NCBI GenBank assembly: GCA_913775595.1
Contig: CAJYLB010000001.1
Span: 558,001-622,000, forward strand
Origin: an uncultured Aquiluna sp.
Lineage (GTDB): Bacteria > Actinomycetota > Actinomycetes > Actinomycetales > Microbacteriaceae
Length of the DNA: 64,000 bases
Direction of reading: 5' to 3'
A program made the translations under genes and the position numbers. The notes under the pieces were generated by a model. That model was not told where the DNA came from, ran no database searches, and was given only the letters and a program-made list of their open reading frames with translations. Below are positions 10,718 through 19,211 of the stretch, piece by piece; the first letter of the stretch is position 1, and the number at the start of each line of letters is the position of its first letter.

Positions 10718-11867
10718 GCACCTCCCATGGCTTAGATCCATTGCCGGTGACTTGGCAACGGCGACCCTAACCCGCCTTGAGGAAACACTCCCCTGGTATT
10801 CCCAGATGCCTCCAGCAAGACGTGCGGCCGTTGGATCGGTTGCACAGAGCGGCATAACCAGCTTTATCCAGTGGTACGAGGACCCCGGCTCTCAGCCCTG
10901 GGTTGCGGCAGATGTATTCGCGGGTGCTCCAAGGGAGCTTCTGCGCTCAATCTCGCTGCAAGAGACTCTCCAGCTCATCCATGTAGTGGTTGAAATGGTC
11001 GAAGAGAGGGTTGTCTCTGAGCACCCTGACCTGCGCGAGGCCGTGCTGCGATATTCTCGCGACATCGCCTTTAGTGCTGCGGATGTTTATGCCAGGGCAG
11101 CCGAGGCGCGAGGGCTTTGGGATGCCCGCCTAGAAGCGTTGGTGGTGGACAGCATCATCAGCGGCGAGACCTCTCAGGAGATAAATTCACGAGTTGCAGC
11201 CTTAGGCTGGCGTGCCGATGGTCAAGTAGCCGTCCTCTTGGGGACCACCCCCGATTCGCCAGACCCTGACAATATTCGCAAGATTGCAAGAAAGTCTCAG
11301 GCGGATGTCTTACTGGGGATTCAGGGGCGCAGGCAAGTTGCTGTGATAGGACTCCCAGAGGTTTCGAAGTCACCAACGAGAGAAATACAGAGCGTTGCAG
11401 AATCTATTGGAGAGTGCTTTGGCTCAGGTCCGCTAATTCTGGGGCCGGTGGTGAACACAGTTTCAGAGGCACCCAGGTCCGCTCGTGCCGCACTGTCTGC
11501 AAATTCAGTCGCGGCAAGTAGAGAAGTCAGCTCGAGGCCAGTGCAGGCTGATGATTACCTTCCTGAGAGGGCACTCGCAGGCGACCAGCTCGCTAAACAA
11601 ACCCTAATCGGCAACTATTACCTACCCTTGGCGGAGAGCTCTAAAGAGCTACTTGGAACACTGAAGACTTATTTCGAGCAGGGTGGCTCTTTAGAGGCAA
11701 CTTCTAAGGCTCTTTATGTGCACGCGAACACAGTGAGGTACCGGCTCAAGCGAATTCATGACCTCTTGGGAGAGGATGTGACCGAATCGAGGACTAGCTT
11801 CGTCGCGCAGGTGGCATTGTCGCTGGGGCTCATTAGCGATGCAGAAAGCGGAATCAGGAGAGACTAA
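10707..11867 (+). CDS. fasR: PucR/CdaR-family transcriptional regulator of the fab cluster (FasR-like)
   Basis: [26 protein letters not shown] and C-terminal [15 protein letters not shown]; lies between aceE and fabD. Start approximate. Confidence 0.85.
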   Translation: MTPKHLPWLRSIAGDLATATLTRLEETLPWYSQMPPARRAAVGSVAQSGITSFIQWYEDPGSQPWVAADVFAGAPRELLRSISLQETLQLIHVVVEMVEERVVSEHPDLREAVLRYSRDIAFSAADVYARAAEARGLWDARLEALVVDSIISGETSQEINSRVAALGWRADGQVAVLLGTTPDSPDPDNIRKIARKSQADVLLGIQGRRQVAVIGLPEVSKSPTREIQSVAESIGECFGSGPLILGPVVNTVSEAPRSARAALSANSVAASREVSSRPVQADDYLPERALAGDQLAKQTLIGNYYLPLAESSKELLGTLKTYFEQGGSLEATSKALYVHANTVRYRLKRIHDLLGEDVTESRTSFVAQVALSLGLISDAESGIRRD

Positions 11868-12763
11868 TGCTCATAGTTGCTTGCCCGGGTCAAGGGTCAC
11901 AGACACCAGGATTCCTGGCACCCTGGCTAGAAAAGTATCCAGATCTACAACAGACTCTTGATGGCCTAGGGACTGCATGTAATGCCGATCTCATCCGGCT
12001 TGGAACTACGGCCGAAGAAGACGAAATCAAGGACACCGCAAACGCGCAGCGCCTGATTGTAGGTAGCTCGATAGGGATCTATCGTGCCGCCCTGCGGGAA
12101 TTCAAGGTGGATGGCGTACTAGGCCACTCCGTAGGAGAGTTCGCTGCTGCCGCAATCGCAGGAGTGCTAAGCGATGCGGATGCAATGAAACTAGTGGGAC
12201 GGAGAGCGGATGCGATGGCGTCCGCTGCTGCCGAGGCTGCAACTTCAATGGCCGCGGTATTGGGTGGTGAGGAGAGCACCGTCTTGGAAAGACTCACTGA
12301 GCTGGGGCTTGAGCCAGCAAACTTCAACGGCGCTGGGCAGCTAGTGGTGGCCGGACCGAAGAGCGCAGTTACTTCCCTCTTGGAATCACCCCCGGAAAGA
12401 GCCAGGGTGATCGAGCTGAAGGTTGCAGGAGCATTTCACACGTCGTTTATGGAGGGTGCGAAGGCACCCGTTCAGGAACTAGTTGACGGCGTTGAGGTTT
12501 CCGATCCAGCGATTAGCCTCTGGAGCAACGTTGACGGTCAGCTGGTAAGCAGAGGATCGGAGTTCGTGGCATCGCTCGTGAGCCAAATTTCAAACCCCGT
12601 CCGTTGGGATAAATGCATGGGCTCCCTGGCAGGTAGTGCAGCTACGCTGCTGGAACTTCCTCCAGCAGGAGCCTTGGCTGGACTAATCAAACGAGGCGTT
12701 CCAGACGCCACTGCGATAGCCTTGAAAACCCCTGCTGATTTAGAGAAGGTTTCAAACTCTTGA
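11867..12763 (+). CDS. fabD: Malonyl-CoA:ACP transacylase
   Basis: PGQGSQ, GHSVGE, VAGAFH and PVRW motifs. Confidence 0.95.
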   Translation: MLIVACPGQGSQTPGFLAPWLEKYPDLQQTLDGLGTACNADLIRLGTTAEEDEIKDTANAQRLIVGSSIGIYRAALREFKVDGVLGHSVGEFAAAAIAGVLSDADAMKLVGRRADAMASAAAEAATSMAAVLGGEESTVLERLTELGLEPANFNGAGQLVVAGPKSAVTSLLESPPERARVIELKVAGAFHTSFMEGAKAPVQELVDGVEVSDPAISLWSNVDGQLVSRGSEFVASLVSQISNPVRWDKCMGSLAGSAATLLELPPAGALAGLIKRGVPDATAIALKTPADLEKVSNS

Positions 12764-13758
12764 AGACCCTGAAGCAAAACGATCCAGTTCAGTTCTCGAG
12801 GATCTATTCGCTAGGAGCTTCAAGGGGAGCATCTAAGGTCGCCAACGACGAAATCGCTGGGCCCATCGATTCATCTGATGAGTGGATACGACAACGCACA
12901 GGAATCGTGACAAGGGTTCGTGCTCCTGAGGGCCAGAGTCTGATGGACATGGCAGTTGAGGCATCCAAAGAGGCCATTTCCAAGGCTGGCATCGATCCAA
13001 CTGAGATTAATGCAGTAATTTTGGCGACTATCTCTTTCCCCTATGCAACGCCTTCTGGTGCGGCTTTGCTGGCATCGGAAGTTGGTGCAAAAGATGCAGC
13101 GGCATACGACATCAGCGCTGCCTGCGCTGGTTATTGCTACGGCATAGCCCAAGCCGACTCGCTAGTTAGGTCCGGCACTGCAAAGTTTGTATTAGTCGTG
13201 GGAGGCGAAAAGCTTTCTGACTTCATTTCCCCAACTGACCGCTCGATCAGCTTCCTTCTGGGCGATGGAGCCGGCGCGGCCATTGTCGGTCCGAGCGACC
13301 ACCCTGGAATCTCGAAGACCATCTGGGGTTCAGATGGCGAGAACTGGGACAAGGTCGGCATGACCGGCTCAATTCTCGACTTCAGAGACGGCAAGGGTGA
13401 GTGGCCCACCCTCGTTCAAGAGGGCCAGTCGGTATTCCGCTGGGCAGTGTGGGAGATGGTAAAAGTTGCCAAGGAAGCCCTAGAGGCGTCTGGGCTGGAG
13501 CCGGCTGACCTTGCAGCTTTGGTGACTCACCAGGCAAACGAGCGAATTATTGACGAGTTCGCAAAGCAGTTGGGCTTACCCGAATCCGTAGTAGTTGCGA
13601 AGGACATCGTGGACACGGGCAACACCTCTGCTGCCTCAATCCCACTGGCAATGCACCGGTTATTGGATGAAGGCAAGATCAAATCAGGCGGATATGCCCT
13701 GGAAATTGGTTTTGGCGCGGGGCTTGCCTATGCGGCCCAAGTTGTAGAACTCCCATAA
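12760..13758 (+). CDS. fabH: Beta-ketoacyl-ACP synthase III
   Basis: AACAG, GDGAGA, HQAN.RI, GNTSAAS and GFGAG (Cys-His-Asn triad). Confidence 0.95.
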   Translation: MKTLKQNDPVQFSRIYSLGASRGASKVANDEIAGPIDSSDEWIRQRTGIVTRVRAPEGQSLMDMAVEASKEAISKAGIDPTEINAVILATISFPYATPSGAALLASEVGAKDAAAYDISAACAGYCYGIAQADSLVRSGTAKFVLVVGGEKLSDFISPTDRSISFLLGDGAGAAIVGPSDHPGISKTIWGSDGENWDKVGMTGSILDFRDGKGEWPTLVQEGQSVFRWAVWEMVKVAKEALEASGLEPADLAALVTHQANERIIDEFAKQLGLPESVVVAKDIVDTGNTSAASIPLAMHRLLDEGKIKSGGYALEIGFGAGLAYAAQVVELP

Positions 13759-13796
13759 AATAAAGCGATAATCAACGACCCAATTAGGAGAAAACC

Positions 13797-14045
13797 ATGG
13801 CTCTATCTGAACAGGATGTACTAGCAGGACTAGCTGAGCTGGTAAATGATGAGACTGGCATTGCAGCTGACGCTGTTCAGATGGACAAGTCCTTCACCGA
13901 CGATCTCGACATTGACTCAATTTCGATGATGACCATTGTGGTGAACGCAGAGGACAAGTTCGGCGTCAAGATTCCAGATGAGGAAGTAAAGAACCTCATC
14001 ACCGTTGCTGACGCAGTCAACTACATCACCGCAAACCAGGGATAG
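13797..14045 (+). CDS. acpP: Acyl carrier protein
   Basis: DLDIDSISM phosphopantetheine site; acidic 82 aa; AGGAG SD. Confidence 0.96.
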   Translation: MALSEQDVLAGLAELVNDETGIAADAVQMDKSFTDDLDIDSISMMTIVVNAEDKFGVKIPDEEVKNLITVADAVNYITANQG

Positions 14046-14047
14046 TT

Positions 14048-15280
14048 TTGCGAAGAGTTGTCGTTACCGGCATTGGGGCAACTACTCCCCTTGCCGGCAA
14101 CGCACCTGATAGTTGGAAGTCCCTCCTGGACGGTCACTCAGGTATTTCAACTCTTGAACAAGAATGGGTTGCTAGGCACGAGCTACCCGTAACTTTTGCC
14201 GGCCAGGCCAAAGTCTTGGCGAGCGAGGTTCTCACTCCTCAAGAGGCAAAGCGACTTGACCCCTCGTCCCAGTTCGCCCTAATTTCGGCCCGCGAGGCCT
14301 GGGCTGATGCTGGAGAGCCCGAGGTCGAGCCCGAGCGTCTTGCCGTTGACTTCGCAACCGGAATCGGCGGTGTGTGGACCCTCTTGGATGCCTACGATGC
14401 ACTGAACGAGCGAGGCCCCAGGCGAGTACTGCCCATGACAGTACCAATGCTCATGCCAAATGGTCCTGCAGCAGCGGTCGGCATGGCTCTAGGTGCTCGG
14501 GCAGGTGTTCGAACGGCTGTTTCAGCATGTGCCTCGGGCAATGAGTCAATTGCGAATGCCTTCCAGAGAATCGCTCGTGACGAGGCGGACGTCGTGGTTG
14601 CGGGTGGCGCCGAGGCAGCGATTCACCCGCTGCCGATTGCTGCATTTGCAGCCATGCAGGCACTCAGCAAGAGAAATGATGACCCGCAGGCAGCATCAAG
14701 GCCATATGACACCGGGCGCGATGGTTTCGTTATGGGCGAGGGCGCCGGAGCATTGGTGCTCGAGGAGTATGAGAGCGCCAAGTCTCGCGGTGCCAAGATT
14801 TACTGTGAGATCGTCGGTGGCTCAGTGACGTCGGATTCTTATCACATCACTGCTCCCGACCCAGAGGGATTAGGAGCCGCTCGAGCCATGCTGGCAGCAC
14901 TGGAGCAGGCAGACGCCAAGCCAGAGGACGTGGAGCATGTAAATGCCCACGCTACCTCCACACCCGTTGGAGATATCGCCGAGTACACGGCTTTAGAGCG
15001 AGTCTTTGGCTCCCACACTTCAGAGCTAATTGTCGCTGCAACCAAGAGCTCTACGGGTCACCTGCTAGGAGGGGCAGGGGCAATCGAAGCCGTTTTCACC
15101 ATCCTTGCTCTCAAGGAGCAGACCTCGCCAGGCACGCTAAACCTTGATGATCAGGATGCTGCAATTCCTCTGAATGTCCCAAAGAAACCACACTCTCTTA
15201 GCCGTAGGGATGCTATCGCCATCAGTAACAGCTTCGGTTTTGGTGGTCACAATGCCGTGTTGGCATTCAGGAACGTCTAA
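14048..15280 (+). CDS. fabF: Beta-ketoacyl-ACP synthase II
   Basis: RVVVTGIG, SACAS, NAHATST, KSSTGHLLG and NSFGFGGHN motifs. Confidence 0.96.
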   Translation: MRRVVVTGIGATTPLAGNAPDSWKSLLDGHSGISTLEQEWVARHELPVTFAGQAKVLASEVLTPQEAKRLDPSSQFALISAREAWADAGEPEVEPERLAVDFATGIGGVWTLLDAYDALNERGPRRVLPMTVPMLMPNGPAAAVGMALGARAGVRTAVSACASGNESIANAFQRIARDEADVVVAGGAEAAIHPLPIAAFAAMQALSKRNDDPQAASRPYDTGRDGFVMGEGAGALVLEEYESAKSRGAKIYCEIVGGSVTSDSYHITAPDPEGLGAARAMLAALEQADAKPEDVEHVNAHATSTPVGDIAEYTALERVFGSHTSELIVAATKSSTGHLLGGAGAIEAVFTILALKEQTSPGTLNLDDQDAAIPLNVPKKPHSLSRRDAIAISNSFGFGGHNAVLAFRNV

Positions 15281-15741
15281 ACAGCCCTGGGTAACTGGCT
15301 CACCCGCAAACTAGCGAGTCTGTAAGGCTCGAGCAGATCCAGCCAAGCGGTCCCCTTTTCAATGCGTATGAGGCGTTCCAGCTCGCTGCGGCTTCCACCT
15401 GCCTCGGCGAGTAGTCTCTCGAGCTGGCCAACCCGAATGACAATTTCGCCGCTTGCGTCGATCGCGAGCCTTTTCAGTCCCAAACCGGGGTGCCCCAAGA
15501 TAAGAGCGGGTTCAGAAGAAAGTTGAGTTATCTCAAAAGCTACCCCAAGGCGAATCATTGACTCTGAGAGCGAGACGACCTTGGAGTCTTCAAGATTTGC
15601 GGCTATCCGAGCTTGAACTGTGCCCGGAGTATTGGGTTGCGGCAGCCAATTGGGCGTTAGCTCGAATGAGCGAAGCCGCTCTTGAATCTCGAACACGGAG
15701 TTTTTCGGCGCACAAAGCACCCAGATGTCGGTAACAGACAT
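15277..15741 (-). CDS. DUF3145-family protein (divergent)
   Basis: W.PQP..PG, FEIT, HPGLG and G.AW...LEPYR; conserved position convergent on fabF in Actinobacteria; GGAGG SD. Confidence 0.75.
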   Translation of the reverse strand: MSVTDIWVLCAPKNSVFEIQERLRSFELTPNWLPQPNTPGTVQARIAANLEDSKVVSLSESMIRLGVAFEITQLSSEPALILGHPGLGLKRLAIDASGEIVIRVGQLERLLAEAGGSRSELERLIRIEKGTAWLDLLEPYRLASLRVSQLPRAV

Positions 15742-15744
15742 CGC

Positions 15745-15798
15745 AACCTCCGATCCAGTGTCGTCTTCCCCTACGTCCTGAATCGGTCTTTCGAGGTT
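15745..15798 (-). promoter_or_regulatory. Candidate structured 5' leader sequestering the SD of the DUF3145 gene
   Basis: CCGAUUCAG pairs with CUGGAUCGG around a CGU-AGGGGAAG-ACG inner hairpin; flanking AACCU pairs with AGGUU over the SD. Confidence 0.45.
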
Positions 15799-15819
15799 AG
15801 TTGACCGCCGTGAGGCTTG

Positions 15820-17250
15820 TCAAAACTTATCCCGCGCGTTCTCTTGCTGAACGACTTCGTCTATGTCTTTGAGCTTTCTGAGACTGGAGAGGGCATTAGA
15901 CATTCGGAAGTTGCCGCGTAACTTCTCTTCGTTCTTACTCATGAATTTCCAGTACCCGGCCGTGAAGGGGCAGGCGTCGTCTCCGAGGCGCTTCTTGGGG
16001 TCAAAAGGGCATCCTGAGCAGTAGTTGCTCATTCTGTTTATGTAGGCGCCACCTGCGGCGTAGGGCTTTGTCGACATCGCTCCACCATCTGCATACAGAG
16101 TCATACCGATCACATTTGCTGGCATAACCCATGGGGTCCCATCTACGAAGGCGTCGATGAACCAGTCGTTTGTGGCGCTGGGGTTATAGCCGCGCTGCAG
16201 CGAATGGTTTCCCAGAACCATCAGGCGTTGGATGTGATGGGCCCATCCGTAGTTGCGCACGCTCGAAATGGCGTCGGCCAGGCATTTAGCCTGGATTGCA
16301 TCTGGGTCGAGTTCTCTCATCCACTCGGGCAGTGGAGAATCAGCATCAAGGTGATTTGCGGCCGTGTAATCCTCATCAAAGTGCCAATACAGGTTAAATA
16401 CGTAGTCCCGCCAACCAAGAATCTGTCTTATAAACCCCTCTACGCTCGACAGCCTTGCTTTGCCGTCTGCGTAGGCCTGTTCGGCCATCCGAACAACCTC
16501 TATTGGATCGAGCAAGCCTAGGTTCATCGGGACGGAAAGCAGAGAGTGAGATAGTGTCCAATCCCTTTCGTCCATCGCGTCTTCGTAGGGACCAAAGAGG
16601 TCGAGCCTGTGATCAATGAAGTGCTCCAGGGCAGACCTTGCTTCAACTTCTGTTGCCGCAAATCTCCTTGGGCCATCCGCGCCGATGAACTTGACTCCCC
16701 CTCTCTCGAGCTCGTCCAAGGTTTGCCGAACGGCATCATCGAGCTCGTCCTCGACAGGAGTCCATGCTGGTGCGACTGCTAGGGGCTCTTTTGGAGGAGG
16801 CAGCCGGTTCTCAGCATCAAAGTTCCAGGCCCCGCCCACGGGACTGTCTCCATCCATAAGGACACCGAGACGCCTCCGCGACTGGCGATAGAAATCCTCA
16901 AGCTTCAACTTCTTTCCGGTTGCGTACTCTCGCCACTCGTCCTCTGAGCTGCAGAAACCCCGGGTTGGTATCTGCTGCAGTTCCAGAGACTCTGCAAGAG
17001 CAACCATTGGCCTGGTTGTGGGCTTAACCGCAACGGACAATTCTTTGTAGTCCCTGAGTTCTCGATAGTTCTCAAGCGATACCAGCTCCACCCTCGGGTC
17101 CATCGCCCTTGATCTGATTGCATAGAGAATTAGGTGGGCCTTTTGGCGGTGGTAAGGACGCTTTTTGAATTGGGACAAAACCTCAGGAAGCAGCATTTTC
17201 TCTCCCAAATCAAAATGTGATCCGAGTTGGTCTGGAAATAACAGCTGCAA
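15820..17250 (-). CDS. Fe-S cluster cryptochrome / (6-4) photolyase family protein (CryB/PhrB-like)
   Basis: LFPDQL, HRQK, GG.WNFD.ENR, FGPYEDAM, EGFIRQILGWR, WAHHIQRLM and KPYAAGGAYINRMSNYC..C...ACPF; four Cys for [4Fe-4S]. Confidence 0.92.
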   Translation of the reverse strand: MQLLFPDQLGSHFDLGEKMLLPEVLSQFKKRPYHRQKAHLILYAIRSRAMDPRVELVSLENYRELRDYKELSVAVKPTTRPMVALAESLELQQIPTRGFCSSEDEWREYATGKKLKLEDFYRQSRRRLGVLMDGDSPVGGAWNFDAENRLPPPKEPLAVAPAWTPVEDELDDAVRQTLDELERGGVKFIGADGPRRFAATEVEARSALEHFIDHRLDLFGPYEDAMDERDWTLSHSLLSVPMNLGLLDPIEVVRMAEQAYADGKARLSSVEGFIRQILGWRDYVFNLYWHFDEDYTAANHLDADSPLPEWMRELDPDAIQAKCLADAISSVRNYGWAHHIQRLMVLGNHSLQRGYNPSATNDWFIDAFVDGTPWVMPANVIGMTLYADGGAMSTKPYAAGGAYINRMSNYCSGCPFDPKKRLGDDACPFTAGYWKFMSKNEEKLRGNFRMSNALSSLRKLKDIDEVVQQENARDKF

Positions 17251-17283
17251 TGGGCTACCACCTATACACTCAAGGCAACCATC

Positions 17284-17883
17284 ATGAGCAAGCTTTACTT
17301 CCGCTTCGGGGCGATGAACTCAGGAAAGAGCACCGCCTTGCTTCAAGCCGCCTACAACTACGAGGAGCGCTCACAATACGTGCTGCTCGCTAAGCCAGCG
17401 GTTGACTCAAAGGGTGACCGCAATGTCGTCAGCCGTCTAGGTGTTACCCGCGAAGTTGATTTTCTTGTCGAGCCGCGCGACAACCTCCGAGAGCTGTTCA
17501 TACAGCACTCAAGTGACTTCGAATCCAGGAATTCGCAGCCAATCGCCTGTCTCCTGCTTGATGAGGCCCAGTTCCTGACCCCGGAACAGGTCGACCAGGC
17601 GCTCGAGATTGCAGTCTTAGATGGTGTTCCGGTGCTGGCGTATGGCATTCGCACAGACTTTCAAACCAAATCCTTCCCCGGCTCCAGGCGGCTCCTAGAA
17701 ATCGCCCACAGCCTTGAGGAGCTAAAGACAATCTGCCGCTGTGGACGCAAAGCCATGTTCAACGGCCGCAAGCTAAACGGACAGTTCACCTTTGATGGAG
17801 AGCAAGTGGCCATTGACGGTGACAAGGTCACCTATGAGTCGCTTTGCGCTAGCTGCTACCTTGAAAAACTAGAGGCTCGATAA
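17284..17883 (+). CDS. tdk: Thymidine kinase
   Basis: GAMNSGKST, LLDEAQFL, YGIRTDF, IC.CG and YESLC..C motifs. Confidence 0.96.
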   Translation: MSKLYFRFGAMNSGKSTALLQAAYNYEERSQYVLLAKPAVDSKGDRNVVSRLGVTREVDFLVEPRDNLRELFIQHSSDFESRNSQPIACLLLDEAQFLTPEQVDQALEIAVLDGVPVLAYGIRTDFQTKSFPGSRRLLEIAHSLEELKTICRCGRKAMFNGRKLNGQFTFDGEQVAIDGDKVTYESLCASCYLEKLEAR

Positions 17884-17898
17884 GCCATAAATTTCTTT

Positions 17899-17925
17899 GT
17901 GAAGTTAATGTAACGATGCCGTTAC
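17899..17925. promoter_or_regulatory. Candidate GlnR-type operator upstream of the amino-acid ABC operon
   Basis: GTGAA-n6-GTAAC-n6-GTTAC: 11-bp-periodic GTnAC-like sites, including the palindrome GTAACG-n4-CGTTAC. Confidence 0.45.
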
Positions 17926-18019
17926 CCTCCCCCCTTCGCTATCCCCCAAGGGCTAGCTTTTATAGAAGCGAACTGTGTTTCAAAAAGGCAGTGCGCCCGA
18001 TTTCTTGAAAGGGGAATTG

Positions 18020-19135
18020 ATGAAGAAAGCAACACTATTCGTATCGGCTCTGGCTGTCGGAGCTTTGGTACTCAGTGGTTGTGCGGCAGATGACTCAAGT
18101 GAGTCGGCCGCAACAACAACTACTAACAACAACTCAAGCAGCACGACCGAAACCGCTGTTGAGACCGTGTCGATGCTGGAGGCCGTTCAGGCCGCTGGCA
18201 CTGTTCGTTGCGGTACTCGTGACGCCCTACCAGGGTTCGCTGTTCTCGATGAGAGCGGAGAGCACGTCGGTTTCGACTCTGATTTCTGCCGTGTGATTGC
18301 GGCAGCTGTCCTTGGAGATGCAACCGCTGTTGACATGGTTGACCTTGAGACCGCAGACCGCTTTACCGCTCTGCAGAATGGCTCAATCGACGTTCTCGTT
18401 AGGAACACCACCTGGACCGCAACCCGTGATGGCAGCGAGGCAGCAACCTTCTTGCAGCCAACCTTCTACGATGGTCAGGGCATGATGGTCGCTTCCGACA
18501 GTGGTTACAGCTCAATCAACCAGATGAATGGTGCCGTTGTCTGTGTCGCTAAGGGAACCACCACTGAGGGCAACGCAGCTCTCGAGTCCTCAAGGCTTGG
18601 CCTTGGCTGGGAAGTTCGCGCCTTCGATGAGGTTGACCTAATCCTCGAGGCGTTCCTCGCCGGACAGTGTGATGGTTGGTCATCTGACGTCAGCCAGCTA
18701 ACCGGTCTGCGCAGTGCCTACCCAGATGGTGCAGCAGCACTGACAATCCTGCCTGAGGTCTTCTCTAAGGAGCCTCTGGGACCAGCCGTCTTGGATGGTG
18801 ACACCCACTGGGCTCAGGTTGTCAACTGGGCAATTCTGGCCACCATTCAGGCTGAGGAGTTTGGCATCACAAGTGCAAACGTGGATGACATCCGCAGTAG
18901 CACCACCGATGTCGGAATCCTTCGCTTCCTTGGTGCTGAGGTTCCAACAAGCGACGGCTCTGCCGTGCTGGATCCAGGCCTAGGCCTACCAACTGACTTT
19001 GCCTACCAGGTAGTCAAGCAGGTTGGAAACTACGGTGAGATCTTCGAGCGCCACCTGGCTCCTCTTGGTCTCGAGCGCGGTGTGAACTCACTTTGGACCG
19101 ATGGTGGTCTGATGTACGCACCTCCTTACCGTTAA
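18020..19135 (+). CDS. aapJ: General L-amino acid ABC transporter substrate-binding lipoprotein (AapJ/BztA-like)
   Basis: Lipobox LSGC; GFDSDFCR..AAAVLGD, RFTALQ.G.IDVL.RNTTWT, FYDGQG, SKEPLGP, VGNYGEIFER and GGLMYAPP; AAAGGGG SD before ATG 18020. Confidence 0.9.
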   Translation: MKKATLFVSALAVGALVLSGCAADDSSESAATTTTNNNSSSTTETAVETVSMLEAVQAAGTVRCGTRDALPGFAVLDESGEHVGFDSDFCRVIAAAVLGDATAVDMVDLETADRFTALQNGSIDVLVRNTTWTATRDGSEAATFLQPTFYDGQGMMVASDSGYSSINQMNGAVVCVAKGTTTEGNAALESSRLGLGWEVRAFDEVDLILEAFLAGQCDGWSSDVSQLTGLRSAYPDGAAALTILPEVFSKEPLGPAVLDGDTHWAQVVNWAILATIQAEEFGITSANVDDIRSSTTDVGILRFLGAEVPTSDGSAVLDPGLGLPTDFAYQVVKQVGNYGEIFERHLAPLGLERGVNSLWTDGGLMYAPPYR

Positions 19136-19164
19136 TTCGCTAAGGTCAAATAGCTAAATAAGTA

Positions 19165-19211
19165 GGTTCACTTGGGAGGGAGTTTCAAATGAGCTCTCTC
19201 CCAAGTGCACC
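19165..19211 (+). promoter_or_regulatory. Long stem-loop between the binding-protein gene and the first permease gene
   Basis: CACTTGGGAGGGAGTTT-CAAAT-GAGCTCTCTCCCAAGTG, about 17 bp with G-U pairs, covering the SD and ATG at 19189. Confidence 0.65.

Noticed and set aside
18110..18135. ACA/AAC-rich short repeat tract in aapJ
   Set aside because: Encodes a Thr/Asn/Ser lipoprotein linker; imperfect and in frame, so not a convincing phase-variation repeat
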